A stretch of 64,000 nt of DNA, taken from the NCBI RefSeq assembly GCF_003918875.1, contig NW_025767036.1:744001-808000 (forward strand), written 5' to 3'. The stretch is from Haliotis rubra (lineage: Eukaryota). Positions 1 to 11,614 of this stretch are shown in pieces. Below the pieces are notes generated by a model. It searched no databases. It was not told where the DNA came from and was given only the letters and a program-made list of their open reading frames with translations. The translations under genes were made by a program, and so were the position numbers. Positions within the stretch are counted from its first letter, which is position 1, and every line of letters starts with the position of its first letter.

Positions 1-1800
1 GATGATTTAATATGTGTTTACCACTGCAATTTCGACTAGGTAAGTCGATAATCCATGGTAATCTGTCAACACACTTGGGATACGATTCCATGCCAGTATG
101 ACAAGTATATCAAGGAAGGCGATAATCTATGCGAGAGCTCAATCCATCGACCAATGCTGCTTGTGAACATCCGTGTTCAGCAACCCATACCAAGAGGTGA
201 CTAACATCATCAGGCTCGCTGAATTTCTTTCATGCCTGTCAACGTAACACAATTGCTAAGACTGGTGCTGACGATGTCAATCACTGGATTGTCTGGACTA
301 GACTCGATTATTTACAGACCGCCGCCATATAGCTGGAATATTGCTGATTGTAACCTTAAACGAACACACATCGACCGACTGTTTTCTTATCAGCTTGTTA
401 TACAATCTCCAGGATAAATGTTTTAATGACTTTGTTTATTCACATAAAGAGCCACATTGCCCACCCAAACAAAAGTATCATCTGTCACTCGATATTTTAG
501 TGAAACATTATATGAGACAGTGATCTGTCGTTTGATTGGTCTGCACCTTCCTCAACATGAAATGTAATCACATAAAAAGATTTGTAAAAGCCAGCTAAGA
601 ATTTCCTCCCGACAGTCGGTGGCACTGTGACAACAAAGAAACTGTCGACTTGAAACTCACAGTCTAAACAAAGGTTGTACTTGTAAGTATTGTTAACTTT
701 CGCATTCACTCAGGCATGCCTTTCCTGAATCAATTCAGCGATTCCTACCACATATATTATCAACGATAAAAGTGAAATCGTGATGAATAGAGGTTTTCGG
801 TAAAGAATATCTCAATGTTTAAAAGTATTTAACATTTTCTTTAAACGTTGTTTGTATTGTATATTGTTTCCCGATATTGTGTATCTGACCATAGACTAAC
901 AACTAGTCTCTGAAATGAACATATTTTACAGAAAAAAGGCTCATAGTAAAACAAAATATCAAAATATAATAAAAAGGAGCCCTGAGACTTCCTAAAGCTG
1001 TCGAAATCTAGACTTGCCACATTTTCTAGACTTGCGTGGGATTTCTTGGATATATTTGATTCAGGGTCTGTGTGACAGACTAATCTGACCACATAAGCTG
1101 ACATCGTGCAATGCAAGAACAATATAAAATGTTAATTGTATTGTATGGTGCTCAAGGGAATATGATTAATATATGCAGCATATCTGTATAATCACGATGA
1201 ATAGGACATTTAATGTCATCAATGTATTAACATGGCATAACTGTATTCAGGAATGCAGGCATATTACCATGACTTATCTGTGTGGTCAGGAATGCAGGGA
1301 TAGTAACATGAAATATCTGTGTTATTTTGAATGCAGGGATAGTACCATAGCATATCTGTGTAATCAGGAATGCAGGGATAGTACCATAGCATATCTGTGT
1401 AATCAGGAATGCAGGGATAGTAAAATGACGTATCTGTGTTATTTGGAATGCAGGGATAGTACCATAGCATATCTGTGTAATCAGGAATGCAGGGATGTTA
1501 CCATGACATGTCTGATTGTTTGATGGGAATTCTAGAAGTTGGTGACTCAAAAATGATACACAGTATGTTAATCTGTTGTTGTCAAACATACTGTGTATTA
1601 TACCCCTCTACCTCTGGTTGTATTTACTTTTAGCTTGATAACGATGTAAGAATCTACATCGAAACGTCGCTCTATGCAATAAATAAGAAGATGTCATCCA
1701 TAAAGTTGTATGTTTCATTTATGACATATCTGTGCAATCAGGAATGCAAGGATATTACCATGACATATCTGTGTTATTAGGAATGCAGGGATAGCAACAT
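1..1800 (+). repeat. Segmental duplication: copy of the TLR-C upstream region (43737-43790, 44034-44770, 46307-47400)
   Basis: Near-identical colinear sequence: 55-750 vs 44034-44770 and 757-1760 vs 46309-47300. The second copy carries an extra Tc1 insertion and about 240 bp extra at 43791-44033. Confidence 0.95.
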
Positions 1801-2654
1801 GACATATCTGAGCAGTCAGGAATGCAGGCATATTATCATGACATATCTGTGCAATCAGGAATGCAGAAATAGTAACCTGTGTGATCAGGAATGCAGGGAT
1901 AGTAACATGACATATCTGTGTAATCAGGAATGCAGAAATAGTAACCTGTGTGATCAGAAAGGCAGAGACAGCAGCATCACATATCTGTGTAATCAGGAAT
2001 GCAGGGATATTACTATGACATATCTGTTTAATCAGGAATGCAGGGATATTACTGTGACATATCTGTGTAACCAGGAATGCAGGGATATTGCCATGACATA
2101 TTTGTGTAATCAGGAATGCAGAAATAGTAACCTGTGTGATCAGGAAGGCAGAGACAGCAGCATCACATATCTGTGTAATCAGGAATGCAGGGATATTACT
2201 ATGACATATCTGTATAATCAGGAATGCAGGAATATTACTGTGACATATCTGTGTAACCAGGAATGCAGGGATATTGCCATGACATATTTGTGTAATCAGG
2301 AATGCAGAAATAGTAACCTGTGTGATCAGGAAGGCAGAGACAGCAGCATCACATATCTGTGTAATCAGGAATGCAGGGATATTACTATGACATATCTGTA
2401 TAATCAGGAATGCAGGGATATTACTGTGACATATATGTGTAACCAGGAATGCAGGGATATTGCCATGACATATTTGTGTAATCAGGAATGCAGAAATAGT
2501 AACCTGTGTGATCAGGAAGGCAGAGACAGCAGCATCACATATCTGTGTAATCAGGAATGCAGGGATATTAATATGACATATCTGTATAATCAGGAATGCA
2601 GGGATATTAGCATGACATATATGTGTAATCAGGGATGCAGGGATAGTAACATGA
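1230..2654. repeat. 39-bp minisatellite in two arrays (1230-1510, 1720-2654) with a 186-bp higher-order repeat
   Basis: Unit approximately CATGACATATCTGTGTAATCAGGAATGCAGGGATATTAC. The variant GCAGAGACAGCAGCATCAC recurs at about 1962, 2148, 2334 and 2520 (period 186 = 4x39 + 30). Confidence 0.95.
1632..1671 (+). ncRNA. Minimal type I hammerhead ribozyme motif (Penelope-like retroelement type)
   Basis: AGC-TTGATAA-C-GATGTAA-GAAT-CTACATC-GAAAC-GTC-GCT. It shows stem I (AGC/GCT), a U3-A8 core variant, stem II, GAAA, palindromic stem III (ACGT) and a GUC cleavage triplet, followed by AATAAA. Confidence 0.65.
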
Positions 2655-2790
2655 CTGATTATTATGATGGAGCACATTCCAACCAACCAAATCCCAGAGG
2701 AAATATTGTATCATATACAATGGGATTCGTATTTGGAATATCCAGAAGGTGATGTTCTGGAGAAATCTTATTGGAAGTCTGAAAGAATAA
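2655..2790 (+). pseudogene. TLR remnant: last ~45 codons of the TIR domain of a TLR-A-like gene, with an 11-nt deletion
   Basis: Near-identical to 14757-14903 (LIIMMEHIPTNQIP.EILYHIQ.DSYLEYP...MFWRNLIGSLKE*). It lacks CTGGAAGGAGA and is joined directly to the minisatellite. Confidence 0.92.
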
Positions 2791-3411
2791 AGAACTTGAC
2801 ACGCCTTAGACTTGGACATGCATAGAACTTACTGAAACGTACCAGCATGTATCCCCGACAAGGTACATAAAATACAATGGAAAATGTTATATTTGGAGCA
2901 GCTGCAGCTGGTTGAAAAACGTGATCGAATGGTATTCGATTCCCGGAAATTGCAAGAGTATTCACTGCGTATTGACACGTACAAATATCGCACACAATTG
3001 TATTGTTGCGTCGTCAGCAGTGGTGACGTCATTCAAATCATATTGCGACGTAAAGTCGGAATGACGTCACAAATGAACAGATCCATATGCTACCATGGGA
3101 ACCAGCTGAAACTGCCAGCTGATGACACTTTACTGCTGTACCCGTACTCGATGTTAATGAGTGCAGACAGTAAAACTCATGTGGGCCTTTTGGTTTACTT
3201 TTGTGTTTACAATGTCGACAAACATCATGTGTTGGTCAATTTCCGGGTGTTATTAAGTATTTGGAACACGGGAATATTTCATTTCAAACCTTCGGCTAAC
3301 ACCGTCGGACCCAAATGAATTGCCGTGCTTCAAATACTCAATAACGCCCGGAAATTGGCCAACACATGATGTTTATCTCCTAATTGAATCGTTTAACGAG
3401 CTGTACCGTCA

Positions 3412-3612
3412 NNNNNNNNNNNNNNNNNNNNNNNNNNNNNNNNNNNNNNNNNNNNNNNNNNNNNNNNNNNNNNNNNNNNNNNNNNNNNNNNNNNNNNNNN
3501 NNNNNNNNNNNNNNNNNNNNNNNNNNNNNNNNNNNNNNNNNNNNNNNNNNNNNNNNNNNNNNNNNNNNNNNNNNNNNNNNNNNNNNNNNNNNNNNNNNNN
3601 NNNNNNNNNNNN
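3412..3612. other. Assembly gap (run of N)
   Basis: 201 consecutive N. Confidence 1.
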
Positions 3613-5609
3613 GACAGAATGTACCCATGTGGGGAATCGAACCCGGCTCATTTCAGTAACGAGAGTACACGTCAGCCAATAGGCTAGCTCACCGGGCCTA
3701 TTGTTTGAAAAGAACGTGTCATTGAAATAAAGTAACCCTTGTGATAAATTTATGGCTGTAGCTTGATCATTTATTGAAACTTGAAACTTGATTTCCTAGA
3801 TGTAGCTATAGAGATAGTGGTTTCAAACATAGTAGGTCATTGCCACACAAAGAATAAGGTGTATTTACCGTGCAAATGTTGTGGAAGTTACTTCAGGACA
3901 CAATTTTCCTTCATTTGGGTACATGCAACTATGAGAAAACTTCAAGGGGTCGGAAACTTCATTGTTTGTTTTCATGTCCTGAACAAAATCTGAAATGATA
4001 GGCATCAGTATGAGATAATGTCATATCTTGAAAGAGCGAGGAGTATTTTTATAACGGTGTGACAAAGCATGAAAAAGAATTGTTATCCATCAATCGTGTA
4101 ACTTATTCGTGGTCTTCAAAGTTCTAAATGCTTGTCAAATACTTTAAGAAGAATATAATTGGCCTTGCCCGACCAATGTTGTAACATGCGTAGCTTGTAC
4201 AGAGAGTGAGTGAGTGTGTTTTGTTTTACGCCGCACTCAGCAATATTCCATCTATATGGGGGTGGCCTGTAAATAATCGAGTCTGGACCAGACAATTCAG
4301 AGATTAACCAAGTAGCATTAATATTGATCCATATTAACATGATTGCACTCCGAGACGATGGGATAGCCTAGTGGTTAAAGCGTCCGCTCGTCACCCTGAA
4401 GACCCGGGTTCGATTCCCCAAATAGGTACAATGTGTGAATCCCATTCCTGATGTACCCCACAGTGATATAGCTGGAATATTGCTGAAAGCATTCTAAAAC
4501 CATATTCAGTCACTGAGTTGGGAATCGAACCCGAGTCTCCTGAGTGACGAGAGGGCGCTTCAACCAGTCATACATGTTAAATTTCCCTCGATAAGATTGG
4601 GGCAATTATATTTCCAAGTTTTAATTACCGGGCCTGTATGCCTATTAATTCCTGATCCATGAATATATCAGGAACACTTCCAGGTGTTTGAAGTTATTAA
4701 TGCACTCCGACCAGAGCAATTGTAATCTTTCAGTTCATCATCTCTGAAACGTATCTAGCCAAGGTCATGTCACATCCTGGTGTCAGAACAATGGTTTCCC
4801 TGTGGACTCCTGTGGTCTCAAGCAGGAAACAGATCAAATTGGCTCAAAAGATAAAGTCTGCTTTTTGTCTGATGCTACGAGGAAATTGCGACACACAAGC
4901 AGCCAAGTTAGAGAATTTGATCAATCGACACCATTTTTTAAACAATCAAGAAAGACAAAACATTAACGTTTACATGATTGTATCAGTGATGGGTCTTACA
5001 GCTCGTTTATCTATCATGCTGCAAATCGATTTCCCAATGAAGATTTGAGCAGCCTTGTTGGAATATCCACTTCTGTTGCAGTGTCTTCACCAGTGTCTTA
5101 GCGTGTGGTCATTGAGGCTCGTTTGATCATGGCCCTGAAGTGTTCTATTTTGGAAGGGGAAGGGTCAGAGCATATATCTTGCTGTTGCATTCTGGTAATG
5201 TTTTGCTGCTGAGACAGTGAGTTTCGGTACGAGCTCGGTTAGATCTTTTTAAAAGGCAAAGCATGGTCCAGAGCATCATTATTAGCTGACGTTAATACAG
5301 TTATTGGTTGTAGTCCAGGTAGTACTTTTAAATGACCCTTCCATGGACAATAGACAACAGTGTTCTGGTAGTACTATTGATCCCCAACCATATAACACAT
5401 CCACCACCAAATGTGCCATGTTGTCTTACAATTACATGAAATTCCTTTTGGCGCCTCAACAGACTATCCAGAGTGAACCTTCGGTTGGCAGGCACTCAAC
5501 ACCACTGGCTTGTTGATAGAATGTAGATCTGTGTTCATCACGTTTTAGATGATGGTTATTGAGAAAACAATATGTGAAATGTTGGACAGCCTCATGGATA
5601 ACATTCATG

Positions 5610-5922
5610 TAAAACTTTAAGGGTAAAACATTCAGTCTAGAAGCAATCATGCAAAGGCTACTAACGGTGCCCGCTCCTTGCGACCCTGTTTCTTTACACA
5701 TGAACATGAGAATGGAAAACTTGAAGGGTAAACCATTCAATCTAGAAGCACTCATCCCATGTCTACCAACGGTGCCCGCTCCTTGAGAACCTGTTTCCGT
5801 TGAGATAGGAATCAGAAAGTAAAAATTGGAAGGGTGAAACATTAGTCTAGAAGCAATCATCCCATGGCTACCAACGGTGTCCGCTCCTTGAGAACCTGTT
5901 TCCTTCGACTTAGGAATCAGAA
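5610..5922. repeat. Tandem repeat, 105-bp unit x3
   Basis: TCTAGAAGCA at 5636, 5741 and 5846, each followed by AACGGTG.CCGCTCCTTG.GA.CCTGTTTC. Confidence 0.9.
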
Positions 5923-6669
5923 TATCAAAACAGTAATATAACCAAGATGCCTAACTTCAGCTTCAGGTATAACGATATCTGATAACCATCAAATAGACAA
6001 TTCACTGATATACCAGCCAGCACTTGCAATAAATTAGAGTAGTGAGACAACCTCATGTTTTTCATATGACGATTTATCTGAAGATTCAGGATTATAAAAA
6101 AAAACAATTTTAACAAGTCAATATGTTGTTTACATTTAATGTCGAGCAATGTTAAAGGTGAGGTACAGACGAGCATGCTCTCTTTACTAACATTTCAAAG
6201 ATATATCATACGGCTCTTAAGTTCTATCAACGATAAACATAAACAGGAGATTGAAACCTTGGGAAGTCACCCCAACCGGAAAGTAGAAGGTCGGTAGTGT
6301 CACATTTTGTGTTTGAAAGTAATAATATATCAATTGTATGGTATTTTGCGTGGACAAACACAATGAAACCGACATAATAAGAACTATTACAAACAATCAA
6401 ACACAAGTACCTGCATGCTGCAACATATATGAATAACCTTGAGTGGAGCGTTAAACCCCATTTCTCTTCACACAGTGACCTACTTGCACAAGGCGGGTTA
6501 GCACGTGATGAGGATAATTTCAAAATTAGATCTATTTTGCCTGTGGGGGAATACTTTCTGGTAGTCGATGAAAGAGTCATAGAGACGTTGGGGTAGGTCA
6601 AGTCATGTCGGGTCGTAGTAGTTCCTCGTTGTTATGTTTTATATTTGTGAGTGAGGAAAAACACCATAA

Positions 6670-6880
6670 TAATTTTGAATATATAATGCGCCTTTTCAAT
6701 GTACAAGGCACATACATGCTCAGATCGCTAACACACAATCTGATTATTATTACCCCGGATAACCCAAGTGGCCTGTGAGGCGCTAGAAGGTTAATAGTCA
6801 CAATACTTATCCCACCGGGTACCCATTTTCTGGTGGGTGAACAGAGGCAAGTTTGAACAAGCTCACTTGCCTAGGGTGAG
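6670..6880 (-). mobile_element. CORE-domain-like SINE fragment (second copy at 39836-40071)
   Basis: The block GGTACCCATTTTCTGGTGGGTGAACAGAGGCA is shared with 40016-40050. The 39836 copy has a (TAT)n tail. Family assignment is from recalled CORE consensus. Confidence 0.55.
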
Positions 6881-7144
6881 ACACACATACATATTTATGA
6901 TAACGGTCTGCGTGGTTTTGTATTGAGACTCGACCGATATAAAAGTAAAGTCATCATTCTGTCCTATATTTTGTGACATAAAAGTACATCTCTTTTATTT
7001 CTATTTACTCTCTGTTCACACATACAATACAAGCGTAGGACCGGCAAATGGTTGGTTATTGTTCAAATAGAACAGCGTTGGATATTATGGATCAAATCCT
7101 AGATATACTGTGTGTAAAACGGAGTAATCGACTTCGAGAAAATA

Positions 7145-8655
7145 TACTACGCAAATAAAGAAACTGTGCATACAAAAATTTAAAATCTAAATTTATCAAA
7201 CCTGTGTAGACACATAAGGATTGAAACTCAGAGATTAGTGACATGTATCCAACATGCATGCACGTGCCACGTTCCGTGACGTCAGTGGGTTCGTCCTTGA
7301 GACGTGCAATACGTTGTTGCACGTGCATTCTGGGAAAGAGAAACAGAGCAAATGAATGCCACACAATCCTCTCACTTTGGAAAGCTCAACCCCTGCCCTT
7401 ACGATCGTTCAAAAAATTAAACGGCTATTGAAACGCATAGCATGCCAAGGCTCACGTCTGCACAACGTCATGAGGCCATTGGGATAGTCCGTGGGGGAAT
7501 GTCTCAACGACAAGTGGCTGCACATTTCCACTGCCACCGGAACACCATTTCTGCACTGGTGAGACGCTACCAGAACACAAATGACGTCATCGATCGGCCA
7601 CGTTCTGGACGTCCACGTGTAACAACGCCAAAACAGGACAGATGGATAAGGGTGACCCATCTTCGCCACAGGTTTCAGACTGCAGTGATGACGGCCCGAA
7701 CCATCCCAGCACTTCGCCGTATCCACCCCAACACAGTTCGACAACGTTTACGTCATCACGGGATCAGACCACGACGTCCCGCCATACGGCCTATCCTGAC
7801 ACAACGTCATCGACAAGCTCGCCGAATGTGGTGCCGAAATCATGTCCGCAGACCCTTGTTTTGGTGGAGAAATGTTGTTTTTACAGATGAGTCCAGGTTT
7901 AACATTTCCCATAGTGATGGACGTCAACGTGCCTTTAGACGCGTGGGAGAACGTTATGCACAGGCCTGTGTCTTGGAGAGGAATCGCTTTGGTGGTGGTT
8001 CTGTGATGATTTGGGGTGGAATAACAGCACGCCAGAAACTTCTTTGGTGATTGTTCAGGGCAACTTAACTGGTGTGGGATACAGGGATCAGATTCTTCGA
8101 CCTGTGGCAATTCCTTTTCTGCAACGTCATGGCCCTGGGTTAACATTCCAACAGGACAATGCCGGCCCTCATACGACAAGGGTTGCTATGGATTTATTGC
8201 AACACCACAACGTTGACTTACTGCCTTGGCCTACAAATTCACCGGATCTCTCCCCGCTAGAGCATGTTTGGGACGAGATGGATAGACGTCTACGCCGTCT
8301 TCCTCATCCGCCAGATAACGTCCTTGACCTTGCAACAGAACTCGAGAGAATCTGGCGTGTCATCCCACAAGCCTTCCTTGCGCTTTTGATAGGCTCTATG
8401 CGTCGTCGATGCACTGCTGTTCTCAATGCCGATGGTGGACATACCTGTTATTGAGCTTGTGACATGGTCGTTTGACCCCTGACCCGCTTGTGGACTCGTG
8501 ACGTCATTGTGATTGGCTTTTCAACTGAAATTCTCCCGACTTGTTATGGTCTCATGATCCCTCCATTAAAGTTTATATGTTCCTTTGACATTGTTATCGT
8601 ACTTATCAACTGGGATAATATTTTGACAATGCACAGTTTCTTTATGTGGCTAGTA
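7145..8655 (+). mobile_element. Tc1-family DNA transposon (DD34E), full length, frameshifted transposase 7442-8454
   Basis: TIRs TACTACGCAAATAAAGAAACTGTGCA / TGCACAGTTTCTTTATGTGGCTAGTA with TA flanks. Paired-like HTH, GRPR motif, FTDESRF, QQDNAGPH and DLSPLEHVW with 34-aa D-E spacing. One frameshift at about 8036. Confidence 0.95.
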
Positions 8656-9774
8656 TATATTTCAAGCGAGGTGTTTAGTGAAACATAAAATATTGTTTGC
8701 AGAGTATCCTTATATTTCCATATGCAATCACACATAATAAACTACTAACTGGTAACCTAACTTTATGTAAGTGAAAATATAAAGATTCGTCATTTAGATT
8801 ATCAAGCATTTCCAGACAACAAATGAAAATGTTTAACAGGAAAAATGCTTGGAATATGTTCGTTGCGATGTCTCATTGTTAATAAGATGATACAATATGT
8901 TTAATTTCCTCGTGTGTACTCAACATTATGCCTGTGTGAATGAGAAACCTTGCAAGCGGTAGTCAAGGTGTCAAGGTGCCCTTGCATTAATGATAACTGA
9001 GTTTGACACATGTATAGGCCAAACAGATTATATGTATTTGCACAGACCGTCGAAAATATATTTTGACATATGAAATCAATTCTGTTTTGCCACCTAAATG
9101 TACACAAGACATCTTCCAAATGTTGTCGTTGCATAACCATGGAAACAGACAAAAGATCATAATTACAGTTAGTCAAAAGGTCACGTTGTCGCATTATGTC
9201 CAGTTTTTCACGTTTTGTCCCTTCCAGTATTCCATACATTTCTGACGGCTTTGGCAACATAATTGACTGAGTGCAGGTGCAGAAAACCATCTCAAAACAT
9301 GACCACGTGGCCGAATTTATTAGCATATTGTATTGTAAGATTTGCATTTCCTGCTATTGAAAACATAATCGTGGCAAGTCGTTTGGCATTCCCACCTTTT
9401 TGTTGATAGAATAATTGTTGATTCGGTTTACCCACATGGGTACAATGTGTGAAGCCCATTTTTGGTGTCCCCCGCAGTGATATTGCTGGAATATTGCTAA
9501 AAGTGGCGTAAACCTCTCACTCACTCACATTAATCTCTCTGACTATCACATTTTCGCGATTGCGAGTGGCAAGTGACTGCTTCTGGGCAGCAATAAAGAA
9601 GCCTTCTACACTCTATTTCACTTGCAAGACCAGTCGACTTCATCCAGGCGTAGGAGAAGGGAAGGATTGCTATTCTGTTCCATACACTTCATATACACAG
9701 GGTGCAGTGGCTTCCCAGTTCCTGAACCTCATTATTTTCCATACTGCATAGCCCTCCCTCCAATGCTTAAGCCC

Positions 9775-9890
9775 AAAATGAAGCAAGTCTAGACTTCCTC
9801 AGGTTCTGAATCTCCCATCTCACTTGGGCTCCTTTTCAATTTAAATGGGTCTATCTGTTACCCCAAAAGTATATATTCAGAGACTAAGCG
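9775..9890 (+). repeat. Interspersed repeat family starting AATGAAGCAAGTCTAGA(T/C)TTCC; copies at about 30865-31000, 40405-40510 and 63938-63990, inverted at about 940-1025 and 46480-46570
   Basis: A recurrent ~100-bp block, probably the end of a DNA-transposon family. Confidence 0.65.
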
Positions 9891-10029
9891 TTAATTTACG
9901 GTTTCCCGCGTCTTCGGCGCATTCACTGACTTTGATTATGTTGATAAGTTTTAATCATTTTTTTCATCTTCATTGTAAAGATTGTCATGGTACATTGTAC
10001 TCTGTATTTAAAAGTATAAACACCGATGT

Positions 10030-10135
10030 CCAGGAGTGAGTAAAGCCAGTATCTGATAAAAGTTCATATTCTGAAACCACCACCGGTGTCCCCCAAGGTC
10101 GTGCACTTAGTCCTGTATTATTTATTCCTTTTACA
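10030..10135 (+). mobile_element. Short non-LTR retrotransposon (CR1/L2-like) RT fragment
   Basis: ACC ACC GGT GTC CCC CAA GGT CGT GCA CTT AGT CCT GTA TTA TTT reads TTGVPQGRALSPVLF, the RT GVPQGS.L.P.LF motif. Confidence 0.6.
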
Positions 10136-11485
10136 TATTTCCAATATCATAAGGCCAACGTGATTCTCGTGGAATTTTTGTATCTAAAAACAATTACAAG
10201 TTACTACTATAGTTTGCTAATGATATTTTTATGTTTGAACTGTTTCTAACGCGTCGATGTTTTGCAGACAGCCGCCATATAGTTACACATGTAGTACGTA
10301 AGGAGCGCGTTATAGACATGTTTGACCCATGATGTGTTCCTATCTCAAATCAAAATCTGTGACGAGGAAGTTGTTACCGTTTCAAAAAAACATCAATTTA
10401 ACTTCCTTTTGAACTACAGCACTCGGGAAACGCTACGAGCACACGGGTCGCCACAAGGAGCCTACATGTGAAAACAACGGGGTGAGTTTAATTATGTATA
10501 CATTTGGGATTGTTTATTTTGTGGGTAATAAACTATATGATTGTGTTCAGTTCATTTCAAATAATGGGTGTCCTTGGGACACCGCTATCGCATGATATGT
10601 ACTTGTCACGTGTGTGAGGCTGTACTCTAGCATAGTAGGACCTAATCGTTCGTTAATCACTGTGGCACATGCAGAATATTTTGACTGACGAATATGGTCT
10701 GTTCAACAGACAACATTGTAAAGTCCTTATCTGAATGTATCTTTTCTCATTTTGTAATTCTCTACAGTGTTTATTATTCGTTATGGCAAATGTATACACA
10801 CCAACAGCGGTATTAAATAGTTTAGAGGGTCACTAAGGATATGAAGTAGACATTGAACCGAGTTATAATATTAGTTAAACATTCATACAGCTGTGCGGGC
10901 GGTGGGGTAGCCTAACCTAGCCCATTTCTGGTGTCCCCTGGCGTCATACTGCTGGAATATTGCTAAAAGCGGCGTAAAACCCAACTGACTCGCTCACCCA
11001 TTCACATTAGTTCAGGCTAAAAGGGTTTAAAGTACACGGTGGTAGTGGATTTGCTTAATAGAGAGATAATGATAGGGTTTGTGAATTACAGCTCTGCTAC
11101 TTAACGGATAGACCTACGCCATTGGAGGGGAATATGTGTGTAAAGGCACAATTTGTGAGGGTAAAGATAATTCGTCGTCCTTTGCCAGTATCTGTGTTCA
11201 GGCATAGCAGAGTTTGTTGCAAGTGAAGTGCACATCGGCTACCAGTCACACTGAGCTATTGGATGATGATTTTCGCCCAAAGCAAAGCAAAGCCTGCAGG
11301 AAAGGTTAATTCTCCAATTTGTTCAGGGAGAGGCAGTTATGGGTCATATCGATAAGTTACCGTCCCAAGTGTTGACTTGACTGACCATTTTTGTTAGCAC
11401 TATGTCCGCTGATCCACTAGAGGTTTCAAATTGTCCCGTAGAGAAAAAAACAGAGGTTAAATGAAAACTTTCTGATCAGTGTCAT

Positions 11486-11614
11486 GACCAGGGCCTCCTT
11501 TCACAAAGCACTAAGGTGATCGTAAGTCACTAAGGTATCCTTAGAACAGTGTTAAAGAATGGGAGTTAAGGTTAACCTTAGTAAAAGGTTGCTTCATGAA
11601 AGGAGCCCCTGGTC
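11486..11614. mobile_element. Small MITE (~130 bp)
   Basis: GACCAGGGCCTCCTTTCACAAAGC and GCTTCATGAAAGGAGCCCCTGGTC form 24-bp imperfect TIRs. Lies about 770 bp upstream of the TLR-A ATG. Confidence 0.7.

Larger units (their letters stand above)
2655..4570 (+). repeat. Segmental duplication of the TLR-A 3' end and downstream flank (paralog 14757-16410)
   Basis: Colinear matches 2655-2908/14757-15021, 3385-3411/15036-15062, 3613-3700/15660-15745, 3860-3990/15760-15880 and 4030-4560/15970-16410. The first copy has extra insertions at about 2909-3384 and 4207-4300. Confidence 0.9.

Noticed and set aside
232-417. Recurrent short ORFs with ITGLSGPDSIIYRPPPYSWNIA
   Set aside because: Translations of SINE family B, not a protein family.
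1230-2654. CRISPR-like appearance of regular repeats
   Set aside because: No unique spacers, no cas genes, eukaryotic context.
1715-2752. 317-aa Cys-rich ORF (+) and 323-aa ORF (-)
   Set aside because: By-products of a stop-free minisatellite with unit lengths divisible by 3. Open on both strands, and the TIR remnant is joined out of frame.
3320-3682. ORFs spanning the N run
   Set aside because: Artefacts of the assembly gap.
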